Source: Candidatus Omnitrophota bacterium (GTDB taxonomy: Bacteria > Omnitrophota > Gorgyraeia > Zapsychrales > Zapsychraceae). From it: a stretch of 64,000 nucleotides of DNA. Each line of letters starts with the position of its first letter. Positions within the stretch are counted from its first letter, which is position 1. The position numbers and the translations under genes are program-made. Shown here piece after piece: positions 19,791 to 29,774 of this stretch. The stretch spans positions 1 through 64,000 of the forward strand of contig JADFXQ010000004.1 of NCBI GenBank assembly GCA_015233495.1, in the 5' to 3' direction. The notes below the pieces were generated by a model. That model was not told the origin of the DNA. It worked only from the letters and a program-made list of their open reading frames with translations, and searched no databases.

Positions 19791-21556
19791 CCGAGGAAAA
19801 TAAATATCTTTTTCGCCGGCAAATATTGGGGCTGATTTTTATTTTAGCGGGGACCTTCACGCTGTTTTCACCTTCTTTATCTAATCAATTCGTTAATCTC
19901 GATGATGGCAAGTTTTTACTGTTTTATCCTTTGATCCGTGATTTTTCCTGGGCGGGAATAGGCCATATTTTCTATTCTTATTTTCTAGGGCGTAACGCTC
20001 CCGTGATTCCGCTGACGGATGTTTTTTACGCTTTGGAGTGCCATTTTTTTCAATTAGTGCCTTTTTATTATCATTTAGTCAGCATCTTGGTGCATTTGGG
20101 CAATGTGATTTTGGTATTTTGTTTAGTCAATCTTTTGGCAAAAGACCGGGTGATACCGATTTTGACAGCTTTGTTATTTGCGGCGCATCCGATCAACGCG
20201 GAAGCTGTGGTTTGGGTTTCGGCGCAAAAAGAACTTTTCTATACGTTCTTTTTTTTGGCAGCAGTCATTTCTTATATTTATTGGCGGCGCGATCCCGCGA
20301 AACCCTGGTTATTGAGATTGACATTCGGACTTTTCCTATTGTCGTTATTGTCTAAAGCCAGCGCCGTAACTTTGCCGATCATTTTGATTATGGTCGAGCG
20401 GCAGGAAGGGAACCTGCAAATTTCCCCGGCATTTTTACGGCGGATGTTTATTTTTTTGCTAACCGGTCTTTTTTTTGGGTTATGGACATTGTATGCCAAT
20501 TACATTTCCACGAATTTTACCGGCGACGAATATTTTGCTTCAACAAAATATTTCAGTTTTTTTGAAAGGTTTGTTATATCCGGCGAAGCATTGTTAACCT
20601 ATGTGGGTTGCGCGCTGGCCCCGTTTGCTTTAAGTTGTTATCATCTTTTTTCAATGGAGTATGTGCATGGAAAGTTGTTTTTATCCGGGATATTTTTGGG
20701 GATGGCCGGGTGGTATTTAATCGCCGCATTATTTCTTTTTCGCCAAAAACTCCCCGGTTGGTTTTTCTTTGGTTTTGGCTGGACGTTTTTTATTCTGTTT
20801 CCGGTATTACATATGATTCAGATGAATGATTCTTTGATCTATGAGCGGTTTTTTTATCTTCCATCCGTCGGGTTTTTCTTTCTGCTCGCTTCGGCAATCC
20901 GGGGTGGGACCCGGCATCCGGAAGGGCGGATGGTGACCGCAAAATTAAAATCCATTCTCGGCGCTGCATTAGTGGTTTATTTTGCGATGTTTTTAGTGGT
21001 TACGGAATGCCGTTGTTTTGTGTGGCGCAATACTTTAACTTTATGGTATGACGCGATCAAAAAAAATCCCAATTATGTTTTGCCTTATACCCAGTTAGGA
21101 AAATATTATGAGTTTCAAGGAGATTATAAAGAGGCGCAAAAATATTATAAAGGCGTCTTATCGCTCAATAAGGATCATAAGGAAGCTTTATATGGAATGG
21201 GAAGGGTTTGGTTGAAGTTGAAAGAATATCGCAAGGCGATCGGCGTTTTATCCCAGGCTTTGTCAATCGATCCGACGAACAATCAAGCTCTTTTGACTGA
21301 CCGGGGTGTCGCTTATCGGTTGATTGGCGATTCTGTGAAGGCAAAGAAGGATTTTGATATGGCATTAATGTTTAGCCCCGATTTTATTATCGCGTTGCGC
21401 AACCGTATGTTTCTTTTGATGGAGCAAAAAAAATATCAATTGGCTTTAGCCGATTGCGAATATGCGCTAAAGATAAATCCGCGCGATATTGTATTTTTAA
21501 CGAATCAAAAGATATTACAACAGCTGATTTCTAAGGCAGGTAAATCCGGCAAATGA
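19781..21556 (+). CDS. TMTC-like GT-C fold glycosyltransferase with C-terminal TPRs
   Basis: FVNLDD, HPINAEAVVWVS, LLSK, ERFFYLPS, VWRNTLTLW motifs; multiple TMs; C-terminal TPRs. Confidence 0.88.
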   Translation: MQLTEENKYLFRRQILGLIFILAGTFTLFSPSLSNQFVNLDDGKFLLFYPLIRDFSWAGIGHIFYSYFLGRNAPVIPLTDVFYALECHFFQLVPFYYHLVSILVHLGNVILVFCLVNLLAKDRVIPILTALLFAAHPINAEAVVWVSAQKELFYTFFFLAAVISYIYWRRDPAKPWLLRLTFGLFLLSLLSKASAVTLPIILIMVERQEGNLQISPAFLRRMFIFLLTGLFFGLWTLYANYISTNFTGDEYFASTKYFSFFERFVISGEALLTYVGCALAPFALSCYHLFSMEYVHGKLFLSGIFLGMAGWYLIAALFLFRQKLPGWFFFGFGWTFFILFPVLHMIQMNDSLIYERFFYLPSVGFFFLLASAIRGGTRHPEGRMVTAKLKSILGAALVVYFAMFLVVTECRCFVWRNTLTLWYDAIKKNPNYVLPYTQLGKYYEFQGDYKEAQKYYKGVLSLNKDHKEALYGMGRVWLKLKEYRKAIGVLSQALSIDPTNNQALLTDRGVAYRLIGDSVKAKKDFDMALMFSPDFIIALRNRMFLLMEQKKYQLALADCEYALKINPRDIVFLTNQKILQQLISKAGKSGK

Positions 21557-22002
21557 TGACGGCTCGACAATTGTGGCCAAAACGGGATTGGCAATTTTAT
21601 CCGCCTAAAATAACCAGGTCTATGATGAATAAAATAACCAAACCAGCGGTTGGGAAAAATTCCGGGTTCGCCTCGCTTTTGGAAGTGGTGGTCACTTCGG
21701 TTTTAGTGGTGATTGCCGCGGCGGGAATCCTGACTACGATTTCGTTTACCCGTCCGGTGGCGGGGGACGCGGCGAAACGGCTGGAAGCGGTTTACGCGGG
21801 CCGGAAAATTTTGCAAAGATTGAACGACGATGTAAACGCGTCAACCTGGGGCAAGGCCGGCAATCAATTGACCCCTTTGGGCGGAGGGAATACTTATACG
21901 GAAACCGTGACCGTAAACGGCCGGCAGTATGTTGTGAACTGGACGGCTTCCGACGAAGGAACAAATTTGCGCAAAGTAGTTTTAACCGTGCATATTCCTT
22001 AG
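21553..22002 (+). CDS. Minor pilin (PilV/GspI-like); start may be ~21622
   Basis: NSG|FASLLEVVVTSVLVVIAAAG; C-terminal YVVNWT...LRKVVLTV. Confidence 0.75.
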   Translation: MMTARQLWPKRDWQFYPPKITRSMMNKITKPAVGKNSGFASLLEVVVTSVLVVIAAAGILTTISFTRPVAGDAAKRLEAVYAGRKILQRLNDDVNASTWGKAGNQLTPLGGGNTYTETVTVNGRQYVVNWTASDEGTNLRKVVLTVHIP

Positions 22003-22052
22003 CAGCGGGAATTGCATTGCCGAGACAGATTTTCAATATGAGATCAGATCCT

Positions 22053-22667
22053 ATGCGAATGAGTTCAAATGCTTTGACCTTAATTGAACTGTTAGTCGCT
22101 TCGATTTTGGTGGGGATTGTCATGCTCGGGATTGTGAGTTTCAGTCAGACCATGAAGCAGATGCATGTGACCACGCAGCGTTCCGCGGTTCCCGCGGCGC
22201 GGGTCGCCGCGGCCTTGGCCCAGATTACTGCCGATGCCCACACTGCCATCGGCAACGCGGCGGATCCGGGCATTTGTGTTAACGCGGCGAATTGTTTGGA
22301 TTTTAGCAATTATACCGATTTGTTATGTTTTCGCCGCGCGAATCCAGCGGGGAATCCGACGGATTGGGTGTGTTACCAGCGCGATAACCAGAATCGGATT
22401 TGGCGCTGTCCCGTAGCTTTAGGCGGGGTCTTGCAATGCGCCGCGGAGGCCGGCGCTTACGCGAAACCGTTTTTGCAAACCTCCACCAACGCGCCTTTTT
22501 ATACGATTGTCAATACCACCACCTCGACGGATACCTCAGTGTCTAAAACTTTTTACCTCACGCTCACTTTGACCACCCGCGAGTTTCCCGGGCAAGCCGT
22601 TGATCCGATGCAAAATCCGGAAGTTTCTTTAGAGACCAACGTGACCCCTTATGGCCAGAGTTGGTGA
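22053..22667 (+). CDS. Minor pilin (PilW/GspJ-like)
   Basis: SNA|LTLIELLVASILVGIVMLG; ITADAHTA helix; several Cys. Confidence 0.8.
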   Translation: MRMSSNALTLIELLVASILVGIVMLGIVSFSQTMKQMHVTTQRSAVPAARVAAALAQITADAHTAIGNAADPGICVNAANCLDFSNYTDLLCFRRANPAGNPTDWVCYQRDNQNRIWRCPVALGGVLQCAAEAGAYAKPFLQTSTNAPFYTIVNTTTSTDTSVSKTFYLTLTLTTREFPGQAVDPMQNPEVSLETNVTPYGQSW

Positions 22668-22693
22668 TTTTTTAGAGACAAATATTTTTCATC

Positions 22694-22722
22694 TTGCTAT
22701 TTTATTTGCCCTTTGGTATCAT
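22694..22722 (+). promoter_or_regulatory. Promoter for tRNA-Ala
   Basis: TTGCTA-N17-TATCAT with extended TG. Confidence 0.5.
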
Positions 22723-22736
22723 TTCGTTCTGCTTTC

Positions 22737-22809
22737 GGGCCGGTAGCTCAGTTGGGAGAGCGCTACATTCGCATTGTAGAGGCCGTGGGTTCGACTCCCA
22801 TCCGGTCCA
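22737..22809 (+). tRNA. tRNA-Ala(CGC), CCA not encoded
   Basis: GGGCCGG/CCGGTCC acceptor stem with G3:U70; D arm GCTC..GAGC; anticodon arm CTACA-TTCGCAT-TGTAG; T loop GGTTCGACTCC. Confidence 0.96.
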
Positions 22810-22821
22810 TTTTTATCCTGC

Positions 22822-22869
22822 TTGACATATTTTAGTTCAAGGCGTATCCTTAGAGTAAGGAAGTAAGGA
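22822..22869 (+). promoter_or_regulatory. TA operon promoter with palindromic operator
   Basis: TTGACA-N17-TATCCT; CCTTA-GAG-TAAGG palindrome and GTAAGGA direct repeat overlapping the -10/+1 region. Confidence 0.6.
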
Positions 22870-22889
22870 ATTATAAAAAAAGGCGACCG

Positions 22890-23142
22890 ATGACTCTAAT
22901 TGAAACTGCCAAACTAACCTCCAAAGGTCAGNNNNNNNNNNNNNNNNNNNNNNNNNNNNNNNNNNNNNNNNNNNNTGGCTTTTAGCCTTAGTAAAGAAGG
23001 CGTGGTTTTACTGCCTTGTTCGATTACCGCGCAATCCCCTTATACGAAGAAAGAATGGGCTAAGATAGAAAATTTCGCGGCCGAAGAAGGCGCAAGTTTT
23101 TCTAATGTGGAAGCCGCTAAAAATCATTTAAACGCGTTATGA
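22890..23142 (+). CDS. AbrB/MazE/SpoVT-family antitoxin (interrupted by N gap)
   Basis: MTLIETAKLTSKGQ before the gap; AFSLSKEGVVLLP...FSNVEAAKNHLNAL* after it; ATGA overlap with the toxin; missed by the ORF track. Confidence 0.8.
22932..22975. other. Assembly gap (44 N)
   Basis: Run of N. Confidence 1.
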
Positions 23143-23417
23143 GATTTGTTTTTCAATCCTCGTTTGATCGGTCTCTTAAAAATTTATCCTGAACTGAAAA
23201 ATCAGAAATTAAAGAAGCCGCTGTACAACTCATGGATATTTTATCATCGGATCGGCATATCCATAAAGGGCTTGGTACGAAACGATTAAGAGGCGATTTC
23301 TGGGAAGTGCGCAAGGGAATTAAATCCCGGATTTTGTTTTCTTGGAAAGGCGATGTTGTTTTGTTTGTTCTTGCCGGAGATCACGATGATATCCGGAAAT
23401 TTTTAAAAAATTCATGA
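23139..23417 (+). pseudogene. RelE/ParE-like toxin with in-frame TGA at codon 18
   Basis: MRFVFQSSFDRSLKNLS*TEKSEIKEA...LGTKRLRGDFWEVR...RILF...VLAGDHDDI; TGA at 23190-23192. Confidence 0.7.
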
Positions 23418-23426
23418 ATGTGAAAT

Positions 23427-24155
23427 ATGCCGCGATTTTATTTTCCAGCCTTTGAATTGTCTGATAAACAGATAGTCATAACTGATCCAAGAGAGATTCA
23501 TCATTCGCGGGATGTTTTGCGTTTGAAAATCGGCTCGGACGTTGAAGTGTTTAATGGTCGGGGCGAGGTCGTCACGGGGATTATTGCGGCGATGGACAGT
23601 CTACGCATGCAAGTTGCGGTTCAGCAGACCCGCCGGGAAACTTCGGGTTTGCCGCGATTGATTTTGGCCTGCGCTATACCGAAAAAAAGCAAGTTTGAAT
23701 GGATAATTGAAAAAGCCACGGAACTGGGAGTTTGGGAAATAATTCCTTTAAAAACCCGGCGCTCTCTGATTGAACTGAAAGGCGAGAGAGCGCTTGGCAA
23801 ACAACAGCGCTATGAAACTGTGGCGCTTAACGCGGCGAAACAATCCAAACGGCCGGATATTCCCCGGATCCGTCCAGTTATGGATTTCAAATTAGCGGTC
23901 GATGATTTGACGCGAACCGGGGCGGTGATTATTCCGAGTTTAGCGGGAGAAACCTTGCCTTTGTTAAAGGTTTTAAATCAGCTGCCTCGTCCTCAACAGC
24001 TCGCCTTCTTGATCGGCCCGGAAGGCGATTTTACTTTGGATGAATACGGTTACGCCCATAAAAAATGTCTTCCCGTCTCTTTGGGTTCCACAGTTTTAAA
24101 AGTCGAAACCGCGGCGATTTGCGCTTTGTCGTTTGCGGCGCAATTTTATTTTTGA
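23427..24155 (+). CDS. rsmE: 16S rRNA m3U1498 methyltransferase
   Basis: HHSRDVLRL, EKATELGV, AAKQSKR, IGPEGDF, LGSTVLKVETA. Confidence 0.95.
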   Translation: MPRFYFPAFELSDKQIVITDPREIHHSRDVLRLKIGSDVEVFNGRGEVVTGIIAAMDSLRMQVAVQQTRRETSGLPRLILACAIPKKSKFEWIIEKATELGVWEIIPLKTRRSLIELKGERALGKQQRYETVALNAAKQSKRPDIPRIRPVMDFKLAVDDLTRTGAVIIPSLAGETLPLLKVLNQLPRPQQLAFLIGPEGDFTLDEYGYAHKKCLPVSLGSTVLKVETAAICALSFAAQFYF

Positions 24156-24171
24156 GGCGTTTCAACAGCAG

Positions 24172-24200
24172 TTGACAATCCTCGACCCCTTCGCTATAAT
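24172..24200 (+). promoter_or_regulatory. Consensus sigma70 promoter of recA
   Basis: TTGACA-N17-TATAAT. Confidence 0.85.
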
Positions 24201-24259
24201 CACTGTCTCCCGTTTTATGATAAATAATATTATTAACGTCATCTAAGGGAAGGTGAGCT

Positions 24260-25333
24260 ATGGTTGAGACGAAGAAAGCGATCGAAACGGAAAAAAAGGG
24301 CGCGGCGGAAACCGAAAAGAAAAATCTGGAGTTGGATAATAAAAAAAAGGCGTTGGAGCTGGCCTTAAGTCAGATTGAGAAACAATTTGGCAAGGGTTCG
24401 ATCATGAAGCTCGACGGCACGGTAAAAACGGATATTGACGCGATCCCGACCGGGTCTTTGGCTTTGGATTTGGCGATCGGCGTGGGCGGGGTGCCGCGCG
24501 GCCGGGTGATCGAAATTTTCGGGCCGGAATCTTCGGGGAAAACAACTTTGACCTTGAGCATTATCCGCGAGGCGCAGAAGCTCGGCGGAGTGGCCGCGTT
24601 TATTGACGCGGAACACGCGTTTGATTCCGGATACGCCAAAAAAATCGGCGTGACTCTGGAAGATTTATTGGTTTCTCAGCCGGACACCGGCGAGCAGGCT
24701 TTGGAGATCGCCGAGACTTTGGTGCGCTCTAACGCGGTGGATCTGGTGGTGATTGATTCGGTTGCCGCTTTGACGCCCAAAGCGGAAATCGAAGGCGATA
24801 TGGGCGATTCGCATATGGGATTGCAGGCGCGTTTGATGTCCCAGGCCTTGCGTAAATTGACCGCGGCGATCAACAAATCACGGACCTGCGTGATTTTTAT
24901 CAATCAAATCCGCATGAAAATCGGGATCATGTTCGGCAATCCGGAAACAACAACCGGGGGACGGGCGCTTAAGTTTTACGCTTCGATCCGCATTGATTTG
25001 CGCAAAACCGATTCGATCAAACAAGGCGAGAATTTTATCGGCCACGCGGTCAAGGCTAAGATCGTGAAAAATAAAGTGGCGCCGCCGTTTAAAGAGGCGA
25101 TTTTTGAGATATATTTCAATGAAGGGATTTCCCGTTCCGCGGATATTTTGGAGCTGGGGGTCCGTTATAATGTCGTTGAGAAAAGCGGCGCTTGGTTCGC
25201 TTATGAAAAAGAAAAAATCGGCCAGGGCAAAGATAATGCGCGCAAGTTTTTGATGGAAAATCCCAAGCTTCTCGAAAAAATCGAGAAACAAATCATCAAA
25301 GCCGCGGCCGAGGAATTGAAAGCGAACGCGTAA
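24260..25333 (+). CDS. recA: Recombinase A
   Basis: [44 protein letters not shown]. Confidence 0.99.
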   Translation: MVETKKAIETEKKGAAETEKKNLELDNKKKALELALSQIEKQFGKGSIMKLDGTVKTDIDAIPTGSLALDLAIGVGGVPRGRVIEIFGPESSGKTTLTLSIIREAQKLGGVAAFIDAEHAFDSGYAKKIGVTLEDLLVSQPDTGEQALEIAETLVRSNAVDLVVIDSVAALTPKAEIEGDMGDSHMGLQARLMSQALRKLTAAINKSRTCVIFINQIRMKIGIMFGNPETTTGGRALKFYASIRIDLRKTDSIKQGENFIGHAVKAKIVKNKVAPPFKEAIFEIYFNEGISRSADILELGVRYNVVEKSGAWFAYEKEKIGQGKDNARKFLMENPKLLEKIEKQIIKAAAEELKANA

Positions 25334-25348
25334 GCCTTTTGAGGATGG

Positions 25349-25843
25349 ATGATTGTGGATGGAAAATCGCAGCAGGATATGCAAGGCGCGAAGCAGAGCG
25401 TTTTTCGCCTGTTGAAATTTCGGCCGCGCAGCGTAGGCGAGATCCGAGAAAAGTTGGCGGCAAAAAATTTTGACGCGTCGACGATCGAACAGACGGTTGA
25501 TTATTTTAAAAAGCAGCAATTGCTCGATGACCGGTTGTTTGCCCGGGGTTGGGCAGCCTCCCGTTTGAAAAAGCCCTGGGGCATTGCCCGTATCCGGCGG
25601 GAGTTGCGGGATAAAGGCGTTGACGCTGAAAGCATTAACGCCGCGTTCGCGGCGCAGTTTGGAGAATATGATGAGGCGCAAACGGTTCTGGATTTGGCCA
25701 AGCGCCGGGCCGAAAAATACCGGGATAATGATGTTTTAACGGCGAAACGCCGGCTTTATGATTATTTATGCCGCCGGGGATTTAGCGCGGCCGCGGTCAG
25801 CAAAACCTTGAGGACGATTTATCGCCATGATGACAACGGATGA
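25349..25843 (+). CDS. recX: Regulatory protein RecX
   Basis: RPRSVGEIREKL, LLDDRLFA, ELRDKGV, YLCRRGF; follows recA. Confidence 0.93.
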   Translation: MIVDGKSQQDMQGAKQSVFRLLKFRPRSVGEIREKLAAKNFDASTIEQTVDYFKKQQLLDDRLFARGWAASRLKKPWGIARIRRELRDKGVDAESINAAFAAQFGEYDEAQTVLDLAKRRAEKYRDNDVLTAKRRLYDYLCRRGFSAAAVSKTLRTIYRHDDNG

Positions 25844-28502
25844 AATTCGCCAAAAATTTTTTGATTTTTTTGCCTCAAAAGAGCATAAGATCATTGCCAG
25901 CGATTCGCTGGTTCCGAAAGATGATCCCACCGTCTTATTTACTACCGCCGGCATGCAGCAGTTTAAGCGCCAGTTTTTAGGCCATGTCGATGATTTCCGT
26001 CGAGCGGTTACCGCCCAGAAATGTTTGCGCACTGACGACTTGGACCATGTGGGCGTGACCGATTGTCATCACACGTTTTTTGAGATGCTTGGCAATTTTT
26101 CTTTTGGCGATTATTTCAAACGGGAAGCGATTCTTTGGGCCTGGGAATTTTTGACCCGGGTTGTTCATATTTCGCCGGACCGTTTATGGGTTTCGGTGAA
26201 TAAGGACGACGCGGAAGCGGAAAAGATTTGGCTTGCCGAAATTGGAATCGCGCCGAAAAATATTTTTCATCTGGGCGATAAAAGCAATTTTTGGCCTTCG
26301 AACGCCCGGTTAAACGGGCCAAATGGCCCTTGCGGACCCTGTTCGGAAATTTTTTATGATTACACGCCAGAAAGTTCATCCGTTCCGGCGGACCCGGATG
26401 ATGAGCCGGGCCGGTTCACGGAAGTCTGGAATTTGGTTTTCACCCAGTTTGACCGCAAAGACGGCGGCAAACTCGATGCCTTGCCCGGAAAAAATATCGA
26501 CACCGGCATGGGGTTGGAACGTTTGGCGGCGGTGTTGCAAGGGAAGAAAAACAATTTCGAAATTGATTTATTCGTTCCAATTTTACGCGCGATTGAAACG
26601 CGTTTGGCGAAGCAAAATCCTTTGCCGTTAAGGGATAAACGAGTGATCGCCGACCATTTGCGCGCCGTGGTTTTTGGAATCAATGACGGCGTCGTCCCTT
26701 CCAACGAAGGCCGCGGTTATGTGATGAAAAAATTGATCATTTCGCTTTCGGACATCGCGATTCGCGCCGGCCATGATCAGGCTCCGGTGATTTATCAGCT
26801 GGTGCCGTCGGTTTTTGAAGCCATGGGAGGCGCTTATCCCGAATTGGCGTCCAAAATCGACGATATCGCGGCGATGATCAAAACTATGGAAAGCGGTTAT
26901 ATAAAGTTGCGGGGCCAGCGTATGCCGGAATTTGAGGGAAAATTACGCGAGTTAAAAAACCATAAAATTGCCGGCGAAGATTTAGCGGCCCGGATTGGCA
27001 AATTGATGTTTATGTTCCGCGACACCTACGGTTTGACATTGGAAGCGATGCGCTCGGCGGTCCGCGTCGAATACGGCGATGGGACCGTCGGAGACATCAA
27101 CGCGTTTTTTAAAGCCTCAGTAGGGGTTTTTGAAACCGCGATGAAAGAGCAGCAAGATAAATCCCGCGCCGCCAGTAAAATGACCGGCAATGTATTTACC
27201 AACACGGGGCTTAAACTTAACGTTAAAAAAACCGATTTCACCGGCTACAACCACGATCATACCACCGGGACCATTATCAAAATTGTGAAAGACAATCAAA
27301 CAACGTATGCAGCCGGCAAAGGCGAGGTTATTCAGATTTGTTTGGATAAATCCCCGTTTTACGCCGAATCCGGCGGACAAGTCGGGGACACCGGTGAGCT
27401 CACCACAAAAATGGGCGGCCGGTTTTTAGTGCAGGCTACTCAAAAGATTGATGATATTTTTTTACATAGCGGCGTGATTGAAGAAGGAATTTTTCGGGTC
27501 AATGATCAGGTTTTGGCGCGCCTTGATGTGGAACGGCGATTAGCGATAATGCGGCATCATACCGCGACGCATTTATTACAGGCCGCGTTACGCCAGGTTT
27601 TAGGGACCCATGTCAAGCAGCAGGGTTCGGCGGTGGACGCCGAGCGCCTGCGTTTCGATTTTACGCACGGCAAAGCTTTAACCAAAGCGGAAATCAGCGC
27701 GGTTGAAAAAGCGGTTAATGATATGGTGATGAGCTGCGAAACCGTGACCAAAGAGGAGTTGTCGCTTGCGGAAGCAAAGGCGAGCGGCGCCTTGGCTTTT
27801 TTCGCGGAAAAATACGGCGATACGGTCCGCGTTGTTACGATAGGAAATTATTCAAAAGAATTTTGCGGCGGCACGCATTTGGATGTGACGGGTCAAGTGG
27901 GGTTATTTAAAATTGTTTCCGAAAGCGCGATCGCCCAAGGGATACGCCGCATTGAGGCAAAAGCCGGCAGCCGGGCGTGGGAATACGTTTGCGCTTTGGA
28001 AGAACAGATCGATGAAACCGCCCGGGTCATTAAAGCGGCGCGGTCAGAGGTGATCAGTCGTGTTAAAGCCTTGTTAACGCAAAACGAGCAAATGGCCAAA
28101 GAACGCGCTGCGGCCAAATTCGAATCGATTCGCAACACGATAGGGACGCTTATCGAAACAGCGGACCTATACGCGGGAGCGAAAGTGATTGCCGCGACCT
28201 TTGAAGACGCGGATATTAATATGCTGCGCAAAGTCGTGGACGCGATTCGTCCGCAGGTTAAGTCTTTCGCGGTTGTTTTAGGAGGCAAAGCGCCGGGCGC
28301 GGGATCGTTGTTAGCCGCGTTTTCCGATGATTTGGCGCAAAAGGGACTGAACGCCCAAAGCCTAATTAACGATCTCGCTGTTTTGATTGCCGGCAGCGGC
28401 GGCGGACGGGCAACGATGGCCCAGGCGGGAAGCAAAAATCCGCAAAACGTGAGCCAAGCCGTTGCCGCGGGACTCGCGAAGCTGAAAGGGCTTCTGGGAT
28501 GA
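25827..28502 (+). CDS. alaS: Alanine--tRNA ligase
   Basis: DPTVLFTTAGMQQFK, HHTFFEMLGNFSFGDYFK, HTATHLL, FCGGTH, GGGR. Confidence 0.99.
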   Translation: MMTTDEIRQKFFDFFASKEHKIIASDSLVPKDDPTVLFTTAGMQQFKRQFLGHVDDFRRAVTAQKCLRTDDLDHVGVTDCHHTFFEMLGNFSFGDYFKREAILWAWEFLTRVVHISPDRLWVSVNKDDAEAEKIWLAEIGIAPKNIFHLGDKSNFWPSNARLNGPNGPCGPCSEIFYDYTPESSSVPADPDDEPGRFTEVWNLVFTQFDRKDGGKLDALPGKNIDTGMGLERLAAVLQGKKNNFEIDLFVPILRAIETRLAKQNPLPLRDKRVIADHLRAVVFGINDGVVPSNEGRGYVMKKLIISLSDIAIRAGHDQAPVIYQLVPSVFEAMGGAYPELASKIDDIAAMIKTMESGYIKLRGQRMPEFEGKLRELKNHKIAGEDLAARIGKLMFMFRDTYGLTLEAMRSAVRVEYGDGTVGDINAFFKASVGVFETAMKEQQDKSRAASKMTGNVFTNTGLKLNVKKTDFTGYNHDHTTGTIIKIVKDNQTTYAAGKGEVIQICLDKSPFYAESGGQVGDTGELTTKMGGRFLVQATQKIDDIFLHSGVIEEGIFRVNDQVLARLDVERRLAIMRHHTATHLLQAALRQVLGTHVKQQGSAVDAERLRFDFTHGKALTKAEISAVEKAVNDMVMSCETVTKEELSLAEAKASGALAFFAEKYGDTVRVVTIGNYSKEFCGGTHLDVTGQVGLFKIVSESAIAQGIRRIEAKAGSRAWEYVCALEEQIDETARVIKAARSEVISRVKALLTQNEQMAKERAAAKFESIRNTIGTLIETADLYAGAKVIAATFEDADINMLRKVVDAIRPQVKSFAVVLGGKAPGAGSLLAAFSDDLAQKGLNAQSLINDLAVLIAGSGGGRATMAQAGSKNPQNVSQAVAAGLAKLKGLLG

Positions 28503-29722
28503 AAATTTTGTCGAAAGACGGGCAAGGCATCCAGCAATTGTTCAACCGCGGCGCGCATTTCCGGCGCCGGAACATTGAGCAAAAAGTGGGGAAGATCATT
28601 GAAGATGTCCGGCTCAACGGCGACGAAGCTGTTTTAAGATACACCAAACAATTTGACCGAGTGAAGCTGACCCCGAAAAATTTGCGGGTCGGCGAATGCG
28701 AAATCAGCGCCGGGTTTCAGAGCATCACCAGTGATTTCATCGAAGATCTGAAAATTGTCATCAACAATGTTTCCCATTTTTATAAACGTCAAGTCCAGAA
28801 ACCGTGCCGGGTTAAAGATGAAGAAGGCATTCTGCTCAAGGAAAACATTGTGCCTTTGGAAAGTGTCGGCATTTATATCCCTGCGGGAACCGCGCCGTTA
28901 GTTTCCTCGGTTTACATGACAGTGATCCCGGCAAAAATGGCGGGCGTGAAACGCATCGTCATTATGACCCCGCCGGATAGCAATGGGCATATCAACCCGC
29001 ATATTTTAGCGGTCGCGAATCTTTTAAAGGTTAATGAAATTTATAAAGTCGGCGGCGCGCAGGCGATCGCGGCTTTGGCTTTGGGAACCAAGACCATTCC
29101 GCGGGTGGATAAAATCATTGGCCCGGGCAATATGTATGTCACGGAGGCGAAACGACAGGTTTTTGGCTATGTGGATATTGATATGCTGGCTGGACCGTCC
29201 GAGTTGGCGATTATCGCGACGCGGTATAGCAATATTAATTTCATCATCGCGGATTTAGAGAGTCAAATCGAGCATCTAGGCGGGATGGCGGTTTTAGTCA
29301 CCACGCATAAACAACTGTTGAAGCAATTGCGCGAAAAAGTACCGGGTTCTTATGGCATTTGCGCCAAGAATATCGACGAGGCGATTGATATTGTCAACCG
29401 TATCGCTCCGGAGCATTTGGAGATTATGACGAATAATCCCGGGAGCGTCGCCAAGAAAATTATTCATGCTGGCGCGATATTTTTAGGCGAATACAGCCCG
29501 ACCGCTTTGGGCGATTACGCGGCGGGCCCGAGTCATGTCCTGCCGACTATGGGATCGGCGCGTTTTTTTTCCGGTTTAGGAGGTTCAGATTTTACGAAAA
29601 AAAGCCACATCATTTCTTATTCCAAACGGGCTTTGGAAAAAGTGCGCGGTCCGATTGAAAAGATTGCGATGTTGGAAGGATTGAAAAAACACGCGGAAGC
29701 GGTGAAAGCAAGATTTATTTAA
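28499..29722 (+). CDS. hisD: Histidinol dehydrogenase
   Basis: VGGAQAIAA, GPGNMYV, AGPSE, APEHLE, GDYAAGPSHVLPT. Confidence 0.96.
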   Translation: MKILSKDGQGIQQLFNRGAHFRRRNIEQKVGKIIEDVRLNGDEAVLRYTKQFDRVKLTPKNLRVGECEISAGFQSITSDFIEDLKIVINNVSHFYKRQVQKPCRVKDEEGILLKENIVPLESVGIYIPAGTAPLVSSVYMTVIPAKMAGVKRIVIMTPPDSNGHINPHILAVANLLKVNEIYKVGGAQAIAALALGTKTIPRVDKIIGPGNMYVTEAKRQVFGYVDIDMLAGPSELAIIATRYSNINFIIADLESQIEHLGGMAVLVTTHKQLLKQLREKVPGSYGICAKNIDEAIDIVNRIAPEHLEIMTNNPGSVAKKIIHAGAIFLGEYSPTALGDYAAGPSHVLPTMGSARFFSGLGGSDFTKKSHIISYSKRALEKVRGPIEKIAMLEGLKKHAEAVKARFI

Positions 29723-29774
29723 ACACAACCTTTGTTTTTCCCAGGCGGGCGGAGGTTGCAGGTGGAGGATTTTT

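Noticed and set aside
22810..23420. Prophage or integrative element at tRNA-Ala
   Set aside because: No integrase, phage genes or duplicated tRNA 3' end seen
24878..28582. Long antisense ORFs (267 aa and 229 aa) over recA/recX and alaS
   Set aside because: Antisense shadows of conserved genes with no recognisable motifs
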